A stretch of 39,588 bases of DNA. Origin: a virus (taxonomy: Duplodnaviria > Heunggongvirae > Uroviricota > Caudoviricetes). The translations under genes and the position numbers were made by a program. The stretch lies in the IMG/VR virus record IMGVR_UViG_2534681990_000031; one strand, given 5' to 3'. This document shows positions 1 through 7,596 of this stretch, piece after piece (within the stretch, counting starts at the first letter, position 1; each line of letters starts with the position of its first letter). The notes beneath the pieces were generated by a model, which saw nothing but the letters and a program-made list of their open reading frames with translations, was not told where the DNA came from and did not search any database.

Positions 1-1554
1 TTATTTCAGATTCTTTCTAATTATTTTCCCCGAGCAATTACGTGGCAGATCTTTTCTGATCTCCAGATAAGAGGGCACTTTAAATTTCGCCATATTTTGT
101 TCGCAGAAGCGGAAAAATTCCTCTTCGCTCAATGTTTCACCTTCATTCAGCACCACAAATGCTTTGATGGCTTCATCGCGAATCGAATCTTTAATACCCA
201 CAACCACGATATCCTGAATTTTTGGATGGGTGGCGATGATATTTTCCAGCTCCACGCAGGAGACATTCTCGCCACCGCGTTTGATCATATTGCAGCGGCG
301 ATCGACGAAATAAAAAAAGCCCTCTTCGTCGCAGTATCCGGTATCGCCGGTATGTAGCCAGCCGTCGGCTTCCAGCACTTTCGCAGTGGCTTTCGGGTTG
401 AGAAAATACTCTTTGAAGATGGTTTTCCCTGGTACGCCTTTAATACAGATTTCACCGATCTCACCTGCCGGGAGCGGGCGATTGTGATCGTCGCGGATCT
501 CCGCTTCGTAGCAAAACCCCGCCCGACCAATCGACGGCCAGCGTCGTTTATCGCCAGGGCGATCGCCGATAATGCCCACAATGGTTTCCGTCATCCCATA
601 AGACGTCAGCAAGCGAACGCCGAAGCGTTCACAAAACGCATCTTTTTCCTGCTCCGACAAGTTGAGATAAAACATCACTTCCCGCAGGCGGTGTTGCCGA
701 TCGTTCGCTGAAGGCGGCTGCACCATCAACGTACGGATCATCATCGGAATACATTCGGTAATGGTGGCGCGGTACTTCTGCACCTGTCCCCAGAAGGCGC
801 GGGCGCTGTATTTCTCGACCAGCACAAAGGTGGCCCCGGCAGAAAACGCCGCCATCGCCGCAGTACACTGGCAATCGATATGAAACGCAGGCATTACCGT
901 CAGGTAGACGTCATCGTCACGCAGTGCACACTGCCAGGCGGAGTAATATCCAGCGAAGCGCAGGTTGTAATGGGTAATCACCACACCTTTCGGTCGGGAG
1001 GTGGTGCCGGAGGTGAAGAGAATTTCCGCCGTATCGTCAGTCAATAGCGGCGGTGCATAGCACAAGGTGGCAGGTTGTTGATTTTTCAGTTGAGTAAACG
1101 AACTCACGCCATCATCAGCGGGAAGTGCCACATCTGTCAGGCAAATGTGCCGCAATTGAGTGGCATCTTCCTGCTGAATCTGTTGATACATAGGATAGAA
1201 TTGCGCACTGGTCACCAGCAGGCACGCCTGGCTATTTTGCAGGATCCACGCGCTTTCCTCGCGTAACAGGCGGGCGTTAATCGGCACCATAATCGCGCCA
1301 ATTTTTGCCAGCCCGAACCAGCAAAAGATAAATTCCGGGCAGTTGTCGAGATGTAGTGCAACCTTGTCGCCTTTGCGAATCCCCAGCGTATAAAACAGGT
1401 TTGCCGTGCGGTTAATCTCCTGATTTAACTCAAGATAACTATACCGGTTAACGACTCCGCCGCTGGATTCACAAATCAGCGCCGTTTTATGACCGTAAAC
1501 GTCCGCCAGATCGTCCCACATTTGACGTAGATGTTGTCCGCCAATGATATCCAT
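1..1554 (-). CDS. caiC: crotonobetaine/carnitine-CoA ligase CaiC (host gene)
   Basis: Track ORF 1..1725(-); protein from [29 protein letters not shown] matches recalled E. coli CaiC; adenylate-forming motifs [10 protein letters not shown] and YGMTE; stop codon at window bases 1-3; in-frame ATG at 1569 (MDRGAM) is an alternative start. Confidence 0.9.
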   Translation of the reverse strand: MDIIGGQHLRQMWDDLADVYGHKTALICESSGGVVNRYSYLELNQEINRTANLFYTLGIRKGDKVALHLDNCPEFIFCWFGLAKIGAIMVPINARLLREESAWILQNSQACLLVTSAQFYPMYQQIQQEDATQLRHICLTDVALPADDGVSSFTQLKNQQPATLCYAPPLLTDDTAEILFTSGTTSRPKGVVITHYNLRFAGYYSAWQCALRDDDVYLTVMPAFHIDCQCTAAMAAFSAGATFVLVEKYSARAFWGQVQKYRATITECIPMMIRTLMVQPPSANDRQHRLREVMFYLNLSEQEKDAFCERFGVRLLTSYGMTETIVGIIGDRPGDKRRWPSIGRAGFCYEAEIRDDHNRPLPAGEIGEICIKGVPGKTIFKEYFLNPKATAKVLEADGWLHTGDTGYCDEEGFFYFVDRRCNMIKRGGENVSCVELENIIATHPKIQDIVVVGIKDSIRDEAIKAFVVLNEGETLSEEEFFRFCEQNMAKFKVPSYLEIRKDLPRNCSGKIIRKNLK

Positions 1555-1599
1555 TGCACCTCTATCCATTTTTGTTCGTTTGTTATTGGTATAGCGCGG

Positions 1600-1680
1600 C
1601 GATTTTTTTGATACCGATTTGCATTTCATTTGATACCGCTGAAAAACGCCGATACGCAACTTATTTGATACTAAATCGGC
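1600..1680. repeat. three direct TTTGATAC(C/T) repeats at phage right end, candidate transposase binding sites
   Basis: TTTGATACC near 1607 and 1629, TTTGATACT near 1664 (22 and 35 bp spacing); adjacent GAAAAACGC resembles the recalled Mu attR site core. Confidence 0.4.
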
Positions 1681-1717
1681 GCTTTTCTTTTGAGTTTTAG
1701 AATGAGTTTTTAAGCGC

Positions 1718-2455
1718 TCATTCACTCTCTTTCAAACCAGTTTTAACTGTTTGTGGTTTTGGGTAAGGCTGGACTTTGAATAGCTTTGTGTTGAGGCGTT
1801 TTCTGGCCCTCTTGTTCAGAAACCGGATGTAACGAAACTGTCGGAACTTATGCACACTGGCTCTGTCGATATTAGCCCTCAGATGTTCACCTCGTTGTCC
1901 GCCTCGTTTAATGGCATTCCTGCAAATCTCGTGATACCACTCGCCATCAAGTTCATAGAATGTTGATTCATGGCTGCCTACATAATCAAAATTGCTTGCC
2001 TGATACACGACACCAAGACAGCCACAACGCTCATCTGCAAACGACTGAACCCACTGTACCTGCGGATAAAGCTGCCTGATTAGCTTGAGCGCGTAACTGA
2101 TTGCCCTTGATTCGGAGTTTCTCGGCATACAGTCATGCATCCATAGCCGGTTAAGCTCCATATATTCTCGGTTCTGCGTACCCGTTACGACGCGTGCACC
2201 ACTGTTTGGGTTAAGGGCGTAACCCCATTGCATTACGCCAACAAGTTCCCGTTCTGAAAATATACCCAGATGAAGGTAGGAATTATTTACGAAACGGTGG
2301 CTGTAATGTTTATTGACGATAACCAGTCTGGCCAGCCAGCAACTTATTGTCTCAACCCGCAACTCACGGGAGCCATAACCAACGATATTGTCGTTATAGC
2401 GAATAAGTTCAGGCGTGCTGATGATACGGGATGTGACTTGCTTTCTGTTCCCCAC
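1718..2455 (-). CDS. mom: Mom-like DNA modification protein (anti-restriction adenine modification)
   Basis: Track ORF 245 aa; last gene before the phage right end; overlaps the 3' end of a Com-like zinc-finger ORF as in Mu; listed first codon is GTG so true start uncertain. Confidence 0.7.
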   Translation of the reverse strand: MGNRKQVTSRIISTPELIRYNDNIVGYGSRELRVETISCWLARLVIVNKHYSHRFVNNSYLHLGIFSERELVGVMQWGYALNPNSGARVVTGTQNREYMELNRLWMHDCMPRNSESRAISYALKLIRQLYPQVQWVQSFADERCGCLGVVYQASNFDYVGSHESTFYELDGEWYHEICRNAIKRGGQRGEHLRANIDRASVHKFRQFRYIRFLNKRARKRLNTKLFKVQPYPKPQTVKTGLKESE

Positions 2456-2609
2456 GACAGGATTTCCTTGTGTATGTGGGGTGCTCTGTGGCGCTCGGAG
2501 ATGTGATTTGATTGAGGGTTTTACTGCGCGGACATTTTACTTCCAGATAACTGAAACTGGCCCGTGCCAGTAGCTTATTGCAGTGTCGGCACCGTATGTT
2601 TCGATACAT
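2409..2609 (-). CDS. com: Com-like zinc-finger translational activator of mom
   Basis: Internal Met of track ORF 2409..2654 gives [30 protein letters not shown], resembling recalled Mu Com (IRCKNCNKLL...RCPRCK); overlaps mom start by ~47 bp. Confidence 0.65.
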   Translation of the reverse strand: MYRNIRCRHCNKLLARASFSYLEVKCPRSKTLNQITSPSATEHPTYTRKSCRGEQKASHIPYHQHA

Positions 2610-2649
2610 GACCGCATAACCTCCTGCTTTGTTGTTGATGCCTTTCTCA

Positions 2650-2680
2650 TGCAATCGATCGACAAAAACGATCGATTCGA
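2650..2680 (-). promoter_or_regulatory. GATC/TCGATCGA cluster upstream of com-mom, candidate Dam-sensitive regulatory region
   Basis: Two GATC sites ~13 bp apart (about 2657 and 2670) within palindromic TCGATCGA/CGATCGAT about 50 bp upstream of com start; Mu mom promoter is regulated through clustered GATC sites. Confidence 0.4.
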
Positions 2681-2723
2681 TTTGTTTAATTGATACAACA
2701 AATAGATTGAAAAGTCATCAACA

Positions 2724-3188
2724 ATGATTCAGGGAGGTGATTATTTACTTAAAGAAAACGAAGAGTTAGGTGGTGAAAACGATCATAAAATGATCATTTT
2801 ATTGACTTTTTATACAGTGAAGGTAGGATCACGCGTACATGTAGTATGTTTCAAATCAACAGGATACTACATAAAAGTGAAACCCAGCATAGCTGGAACT
2901 ATGCTGGGTCAATCTGTAAAAACTTGCATCAATGCTTTACTTCGAGCTCGTGGCGTATCCTATGATATTCCCCGGTCTCCTGTAAAGCAGAGATGCATAA
3001 AAAGGAGATCTTTATCATGGATGAAAGAGCCTGTTTGCCCTGCCTGTAAGACTCCCTTACAGCTCATCTATCGCCGTTCTCGATCTCAAAATGGCAAGAC
3101 ATACAAACCCAAAAATGCTTCCTGTTTCAGGATGCTGATATGTCCTGCCTGTTCTCCCAGGAGGGAAAATACACAAAACGTGCATTAA
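2724..3188 (+). CDS. hypothetical Cys-rich protein; likely real product is the C-terminal ~55 aa (CPAC...CPAC) from an internal Met near 3021
   Basis: Track ORF 154 aa; C-terminal MKEPVCPACKTPLQ...CFRMLICPACS with AAGGAG-like RBS upstream of the internal ATG; convergent with minus-strand genes across a shared hairpin; N-terminal two thirds look non-protein-like. Confidence 0.25.
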   Translation: MIQGGDYLLKENEELGGENDHKMIILLTFYTVKVGSRVHVVCFKSTGYYIKVKPSIAGTMLGQSVKTCINALLRARGVSYDIPRSPVKQRCIKRRSLSWMKEPVCPACKTPLQLIYRRSRSQNGKTYKPKNASCFRMLICPACSPRRENTQNVH

Positions 3189-3197
3189 CAAATTCAC

Positions 3198-3217
3198 CCG
3201 GCAGGGAAACCTGCCGG
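3198..3217. terminator. perfect 8-bp stem / GAAA loop hairpin between convergent ORFs, candidate bidirectional terminator
   Basis: CCGGCAGG-GAAA-CCTGCCGG; ~10 bp downstream of plus ORF stop (3188) and minus ORF stop (3227); T-rich flank on both sides is only moderate. Confidence 0.45.
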
Positions 3218-3226
3218 TCGGTATTG

Positions 3227-3472
3227 TTACATCATAGTACCGTCAGTTCCGGGCTGAACCGGCTCTGGTTGCTCTACGGGTTGAGGATCATTTTCCGTGC
3301 TGTTTTCAGCCGGAGAACGGCCAACCATTCGGGCCAGCACTTCATCAACATATGCGTCGATTTGTGCCTCAAAATCCTTGCGAACCTGCGCCTTCAGCAC
3401 GCGGTTCACTTCTTCAGAATAAAGTGCCTGTTTGACAAGCTCTTCAGTAACCGTGCCTTTAATCTCTGGCAT
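3227..3472 (-). CDS. hypothetical small charged protein (81 aa), cargo island
   Basis: Track ORF; AAAAGGAGAATATTC-ATG RBS; protein-like composition (MPEIKGTVTEELVKQALYSEEVNRVLKAQVRKDFEAQIDAYVDEVLARMV...). Confidence 0.5.
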   Translation of the reverse strand: MPEIKGTVTEELVKQALYSEEVNRVLKAQVRKDFEAQIDAYVDEVLARMVGRSPAENSTENDPQPVEQPEPVQPGTDGTMM

Positions 3473-3507
3473 GAATATTCTCCTTTTGCAGGTATATTGC
3501 CCCGTTA

Positions 3508-3690
3508 TCAGAGCGGGGTCGGGTCGTTTGGGGATGACGGTGCCTGTGCTGTTTTACTGAGTTTTTCAGCTGCCGCATCATCAATTTTACGGCGAATATA
3601 ATTTCTGATGACCTTATAACCACCGCTCACCAGATATAACGCACTGACCACAGCGCAGAAATAAAGCAGCATTGTATGAACGAATGTCAT
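3508..3690 (-). CDS. hypothetical small membrane protein (60 aa, one N-terminal TM helix then basic tail)
   Basis: Track ORF MTFVHTMLLYFCAVVSALYLVSGGYKVIRNYIRRKIDD...; AAGG RBS; immediately upstream of the 81-aa ORF. Confidence 0.45.
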   Translation of the reverse strand: MTFVHTMLLYFCAVVSALYLVSGGYKVIRNYIRRKIDDAAAEKLSKTAQAPSSPNDPTPL

Positions 3691-3803
3691 ATAACCTTAC
3701 CTTTGATATTGACTACATAATTCGTTATCGGGTAAAAACATCGAAGCGACTGATAACCACTCCTTCGGGAGTATTTTTATTTTCCTTTATGGGTTAGGTA
3801 GCT

Positions 3804-3838
3804 CCCGCCAGCCATATCATGACCGGCGGGATTTTTTT
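3804..3838 (+). terminator. GC stem (CCCGCC...GGCGGG) followed by T7 run, plus-strand terminator-like element overlapping esterase stop codon
   Basis: 6-bp stem with 15-nt loop then ATTTTTTTAT; T run is on the plus strand only; the loop is long for an intrinsic terminator. Confidence 0.3.
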
Positions 3839-5876
3839 ATTCTGTTACCGCTTTTTTCACTTCCACCACAATGCTGTCAATCAGCACCGGGTAAGTTGCA
3901 TTTTTTGTGATATCCGTTACGCGGAGTTTGTCCACCGGGAAAGTTCCTACTGGTGACTGCGTCAGGGTAAACGCGGCACCATCCTGACCATCAATAACCG
4001 GAATAACCTGAAGGCTGTTATTTCCTGCAAAACGGAAGGCCAGCGTATGCCATTCATTATCAAATGCACCAAAGGTTCCCAGTTTCTGGTTATTTGTTGC
4101 CACTTTTGCATTGTGGTACATCACATTCAGGTCTTTTGCGTCTGTCTGGATGTAGAACGATGCCAGCAGATTATTCCCTGCATCCCCTGTCAGGGTGACA
4201 CCCTGCGGCAGAGAGGAAACCGGCCAGTAAAGCCCCATGACATACTGGTTTGCCACCAGGTCGCCAGGTACTTTAAAACGACAACTGATTAAACCACCAT
4301 TTTTCAGCAGTTCAGCACCAGTACCGGCATCATGATCCAGATACCAAGATGATTTACCTGTTTCCTTGGTCAGTTTCATTGCCTTACCACCTGTGCCTCC
4401 TGCATCACTGATAATTTCAGCTTTACCGCCAGCCGGCTCCCAGCCCTGGGCTTTCAGATTTCCTTCTGACTCACTGACACGATAAGACAGCAGTGTTGTG
4501 GTTACTGCTTCAGTTTCTGAAGGTGACGGCACTGGTGCTTCAGTTTCAGAAGATGGAACATCGGCTTTTACTGTGGTTCGCCCCGCATGAGTCAGAACTG
4601 CCGTGGCCAGACGGTCGGAAATAATCCCACGACGTGCCCATGAACTGAAATGGCTGGCCCGGTCCGCAGATGTCCAGGTGGCGGCACTGTTACGCCACGT
4701 TGAGCCGTAATAACCAATGGATTCAATATCCGGGTCTTCTGCCGGATTGTTGGTGGGTACATTCGCGTCATTTTCATCTGTCATTAATGGAACGAAATGA
4801 ATGTTTTTATCTGTTTTGTTTTTGTAGCCGCCATAGATTGCCTGGTATGCCGGTTCATTTTTCTGTTTCCAGAAATACGTGGTATCGCCACAAATCCACG
4901 GAACGCCAGCAGCACTGCCACCGGTACACTGTTCCGCCTGTTCAGCCAGGTCTGCGCGGAATTTTTCCACCATCGCCAGAAACAGCGCGGAATGCTCCGT
5001 CGGCTTCGCATCAATATCAAACTCGCCCTGCATCCACACCACAGCAAGCAGGCGGTTTTTCGGGTTCTTCGCCAGTGCCGCTTTTGTCCGGCTGATTAAG
5101 TCCTTATACAGCGGCTTATCCACACCCCAGCGGGCTGAGTCCTCTGAAGCACCCGTGCTGTCACTGTACGTGCCGTCAGCACCCGCCGTGAATGCAGAAC
5201 CACCACGGCAGCAGGGAACCAGCAGAATCCCCGCATCTGCCGGAATAAACGGCAGCAGTTTTTTGGCAATGTGAAGCCCCTGACCCACGGTGCCATATTG
5301 CCCTTTAGCCACATCCGCTTTCGGGTGATTTTTTCCACTCATATCCTGCACATCATGCAGACAGTGGTCGGCCAGAATGATGTCGTTATACTGACAGGCT
5401 TTACCTCCCGGCGTGACTGTACTGCGACGGGCTAACTGCATAATACGCGGTTCGGGGCGGTCATATGTCTCCGGCAGTGGCAGACCTTCACCGTAAGCCA
5501 TACCGTTTGACTGACCAGCAAGAACCACCACGTAATACCAGGAAGGGGAGCTGGAAGCAGTTTCATTTCCTGACGGACGGGTATGTGTTTCAGCATTATC
5601 CCAGTCTGACGGTTCAGCAGTACCGGCAACATCAGCACTTAACGGAATGACCGCACCAATACCCGCTCCGGTAATTTCCACACTCGGATCACCGGATACT
5701 GGCCTTACCCACAGGCAATCCCGTGTATTAAAACTGATGAGACAGTCAGCAAATGTCATTCCTCCTTTTGTTTCGGCCGGAGGAAAGGGAGCCTCAAGAA
5801 ATGCCGCTGTACCACCGGAAACTTTAACAGTAAAGTTTCCGGGCATTGATGATAGTTGAACCCATTTGGACGTCAT
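3837..5876 (-). CDS. putative sialate O-acetylesterase-type SGNH/SASA hydrolase with C-terminal beta-rich (lectin-like) domain; NanS-p-like prophage cargo
   Basis: Track ORF 679 aa; VVVLAGQSNGMAYGEG (GQSN block I) and LLAVVWMQGEFD motifs typical of the SASA esterase family; S/T/P-rich linker PSSETEAPVPSPSETEA; sits between gin and com where Mu has no gene. Confidence 0.6.
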   Translation of the reverse strand: MTSKWVQLSSMPGNFTVKVSGGTAAFLEAPFPPAETKGGMTFADCLISFNTRDCLWVRPVSGDPSVEITGAGIGAVIPLSADVAGTAEPSDWDNAETHTRPSGNETASSSPSWYYVVVLAGQSNGMAYGEGLPLPETYDRPEPRIMQLARRSTVTPGGKACQYNDIILADHCLHDVQDMSGKNHPKADVAKGQYGTVGQGLHIAKKLLPFIPADAGILLVPCCRGGSAFTAGADGTYSDSTGASEDSARWGVDKPLYKDLISRTKAALAKNPKNRLLAVVWMQGEFDIDAKPTEHSALFLAMVEKFRADLAEQAEQCTGGSAAGVPWICGDTTYFWKQKNEPAYQAIYGGYKNKTDKNIHFVPLMTDENDANVPTNNPAEDPDIESIGYYGSTWRNSAATWTSADRASHFSSWARRGIISDRLATAVLTHAGRTTVKADVPSSETEAPVPSPSETEAVTTTLLSYRVSESEGNLKAQGWEPAGGKAEIISDAGGTGGKAMKLTKETGKSSWYLDHDAGTGAELLKNGGLISCRFKVPGDLVANQYVMGLYWPVSSLPQGVTLTGDAGNNLLASFYIQTDAKDLNVMYHNAKVATNNQKLGTFGAFDNEWHTLAFRFAGNNSLQVIPVIDGQDGAAFTLTQSPVGTFPVDKLRVTDITKNATYPVLIDSIVVEVKKAVTE

Positions 5877-5975
5877 AATAATCAGCCTGTTCCTGAATAA
5901 ACTGAATTATCATATCCACAGACCGATAAACGCCATTTTGCGTTAATTCAGTAAAGGCCCAACAAAGGGAGCGTC

Positions 5976-6536
5976 TTATTTTTCCGAAACGCTCGCAGGA
6001 TAATAACGATAAAGGGTTGAAAGGCCGATATCAAAAATAAGTGCCACCTGTCTTCGACTGACACCCCCGGCCAGTAAACGCCCGACCTGCTCGTATTGTT
6101 CCTGCGTGAGACGACGGGGTCTGCCGCCGGTTCGTCCCCTTTCACGGGCAGCTGCAAGACCAGCCCGTGTCCGTTCGACAATTAATTCACGCTCCATTTC
6201 TGCCAGCGCACCCATTATGTGAAAAAAGAAGCGCCCCATGGGGGTTGACGTATCAATGTTGTCAGTAAGACTACGAAAATTTATCCCCTGTTGCTGTAAT
6301 TCATCTGTCAGCGCAACAAGGTGGCGCATACTGCGCCCCAGCCTGTCCAGTTTCCAGACCATCAGTGTGTCACCGGGTTTTAGTTTCTTCAGTGCCCGCT
6401 TCAGTCCCGGCCGCTGTGTCGTTTTACCACTCATTTTATCTTCAAAAATCTGCTCACATCCTGCACATTCCAGCGCATTTCTTTGTAAACCTGTGTTCTG
6501 GTCATTTGTTGATACGCGTATATAGCCAATCAGCAT
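5976..6536 (-). CDS. gin: Gin/Hin/Pin-family serine DNA invertase
   Basis: MLIGYIRVSTNDQNTGLQRNALECAGCEQIFEDK... closely resembles recalled Mu Gin including catalytic-Ser motif RVSTNDQ and C-terminal HTH. Confidence 0.9.
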   Translation of the reverse strand: MLIGYIRVSTNDQNTGLQRNALECAGCEQIFEDKMSGKTTQRPGLKRALKKLKPGDTLMVWKLDRLGRSMRHLVALTDELQQQGINFRSLTDNIDTSTPMGRFFFHIMGALAEMERELIVERTRAGLAAARERGRTGGRPRRLTQEQYEQVGRLLAGGVSRRQVALIFDIGLSTLYRYYPASVSEK

Positions 6537-6591
6537 GTATTTACCTTCCTTAAAAAGAGGTGGAAAGGCCTTTTAAAGCAGATATACGGCA

Positions 6592-6617
6592 TCCCTGAAA
6601 CCTCGGTTTACGGGATA
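6592..6617. other. gix-like recombination site (left crossover)
   Basis: AAACCTCGGTTTACGGGA resembles the recalled Mu gix core AAACCTCGGTTTACAGGAA; lies ~60 bp upstream of gin start; inverted-repeat homology with the tail-fibre gene begins here. Confidence 0.5.
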
Positions 6618-6961
6618 CTGTAAACAGGGCCGCGAATGCCCTGCCATCGAACGGAGCGGCTGTTGCAGCGAATAAACTCGCCACTCCAAGAAATATTAAT
6701 GGTGTCCCATTTGACGGAACGCAGGATATAAATATTACATCGGGGATGACGCAGTCTGTGGCTGACTCACGTTATGTTCAAAGCATTCGAAGAGGTTCAA
6801 GGTCAACGATTGGAATGCAATATAATATTTTTGAGGTTCCTGACGGATGCGTACTTACAGGGCTTGATGTCGCTGGTGATGGTAATGCAACGGTAACCGC
6901 ATATTATCGACCTGTTCAGTTTCTGATAGATGGTTCGTGGAAAACAGCTTCCAGCGCATAA
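6599..6961 (+). CDS. silent alternative tail-fibre C-terminal cassette (S'v-like), promoter-less and start-less in this orientation
   Basis: Open frame begins right after a TGA at the gix site; shares ~60 aa with the expressed fibre then a distinct 60-aa tip ...GCVLTGLDVAGDGNATVTAYYRPVQFLIDGSWKTASSA. Confidence 0.6.
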   Translation, partial: NLGLRDTVNRAANALPSNGAAVAANKLATPRNINGVPFDGTQDINITSGMTQSVADSRYVQSIRRGSRSTIGMQYNIFEVPDGCVLTGLDVAGDGNATVTAYYRPVQFLIDGSWKTASSA

Positions 6962-7040
6962 AAGTGCAGTAGTTCAAAAAACAGATTATCTGAATAAATA
7001 TATGATGATTTTGTCTTTTCAACAAAAACAAGGTGAAATA

Positions 7041-7562
7041 ATGGAGCTTATTAACGTAAAACGATATTACCCGGAACACAAACCCTATGGTGAGGATGTT
7101 CAGTATTTCCAGAGTGAGGACGGAAGGGATTTTTATGAATCTATCCCGCTTTTCACAAAGAAATACAAACTCTGTATTTCGCCTGTAACGGGTATTATCT
7201 GCTCTGTTGCTGAAGATGTCTCTGCTTTATATCCGGCAGGTTTTACTGTTGTTGAAGTGGACGAACTGCCGGAAGGTGTGAATATTGACGGTAACTGGCA
7301 GTTTTCTGATGGCCTGATATCAAAGGTGCCGGTAAACTGGAAGACGGTTGCTGAAAAGCGCCGCTCATCGCTGCTCCAGGAAGCCAACGAAACTGTGGAT
7401 GACTGGAAAACGGAATTAAAACTGGACATGATTAGCGATGAAAATAAATTACAGCTGACGCGCTGGATGGCGTATATCCGACAGCTTAAAGAAATGCACT
7501 TTAATGATATTGCCAGTGAGGGGCATTACCAGGCGATTCCCTGGCCGGAAAAACCGGAATAA
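7041..7562 (+). CDS. tail fibre assembly chaperone (Tfa/U'-like)
   Basis: MELINVKRYYPEHKPYGE...GFTVVEVDELPEGV...AIPWPEKPE has Tfa-family architecture; AAGGTG RBS 6 nt upstream; follows the silent tip cassette; track ORF starts earlier at 6930. Confidence 0.7.
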   Translation: MELINVKRYYPEHKPYGEDVQYFQSEDGRDFYESIPLFTKKYKLCISPVTGIICSVAEDVSALYPAGFTVVEVDELPEGVNIDGNWQFSDGLISKVPVNWKTVAEKRRSSLLQEANETVDDWKTELKLDMISDENKLQLTRWMAYIRQLKEMHFNDIASEGHYQAIPWPEKPE

Positions 7563-7568
7563 TTCAGA

Positions 7569-7589
7569 GGGTGCATTCAGCACCCTTTT
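7569..7589. terminator. hairpin GGGTGC-ATTCA-GCACCC plus TTTT between convergent Tfa and tail-fibre genes
   Basis: Lies in the 35-bp gap between Tfa stop (7562) and fibre stop (7597), inside the invertible segment. Confidence 0.4.
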
Positions 7590-7596
7590 CTGTGGT

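Noticed and set aside
1555-1725. N-terminal extension of the caiC ORF (track ORF runs to 1725)
   Set aside because: The extension runs through the repeat-bearing phage end with no RBS logic; recalled CaiC starts at MDIIGG (1554) or MDRGAM (1569).
2724-3188. Possible IS element or transposase remnant suggested by the CPAC...CPAC zinc-ribbon ORF
   Set aside because: No inverted terminal repeats or transposase-sized ORF nearby; kept only as a low-confidence CDS.
3140-3601. 153-aa plus-strand ORF
   Set aside because: Antisense to two minus-strand ORFs with good RBSs; composition is Leu/Arg/Ser/Cys-rich as expected for a shadow frame.
4592-5338. Several 60-140-aa ORFs on both strands inside the esterase gene
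   Set aside because: Nested or antisense frames within a well-supported 679-aa CDS.
6855-7429. Minus-strand ORFs (74 and 98 aa) inside the invertible segment as a possible second Tfa
   Set aside because: They are antisense to the Tfa gene, lack Tfa-like sequence and have non-protein-like composition.
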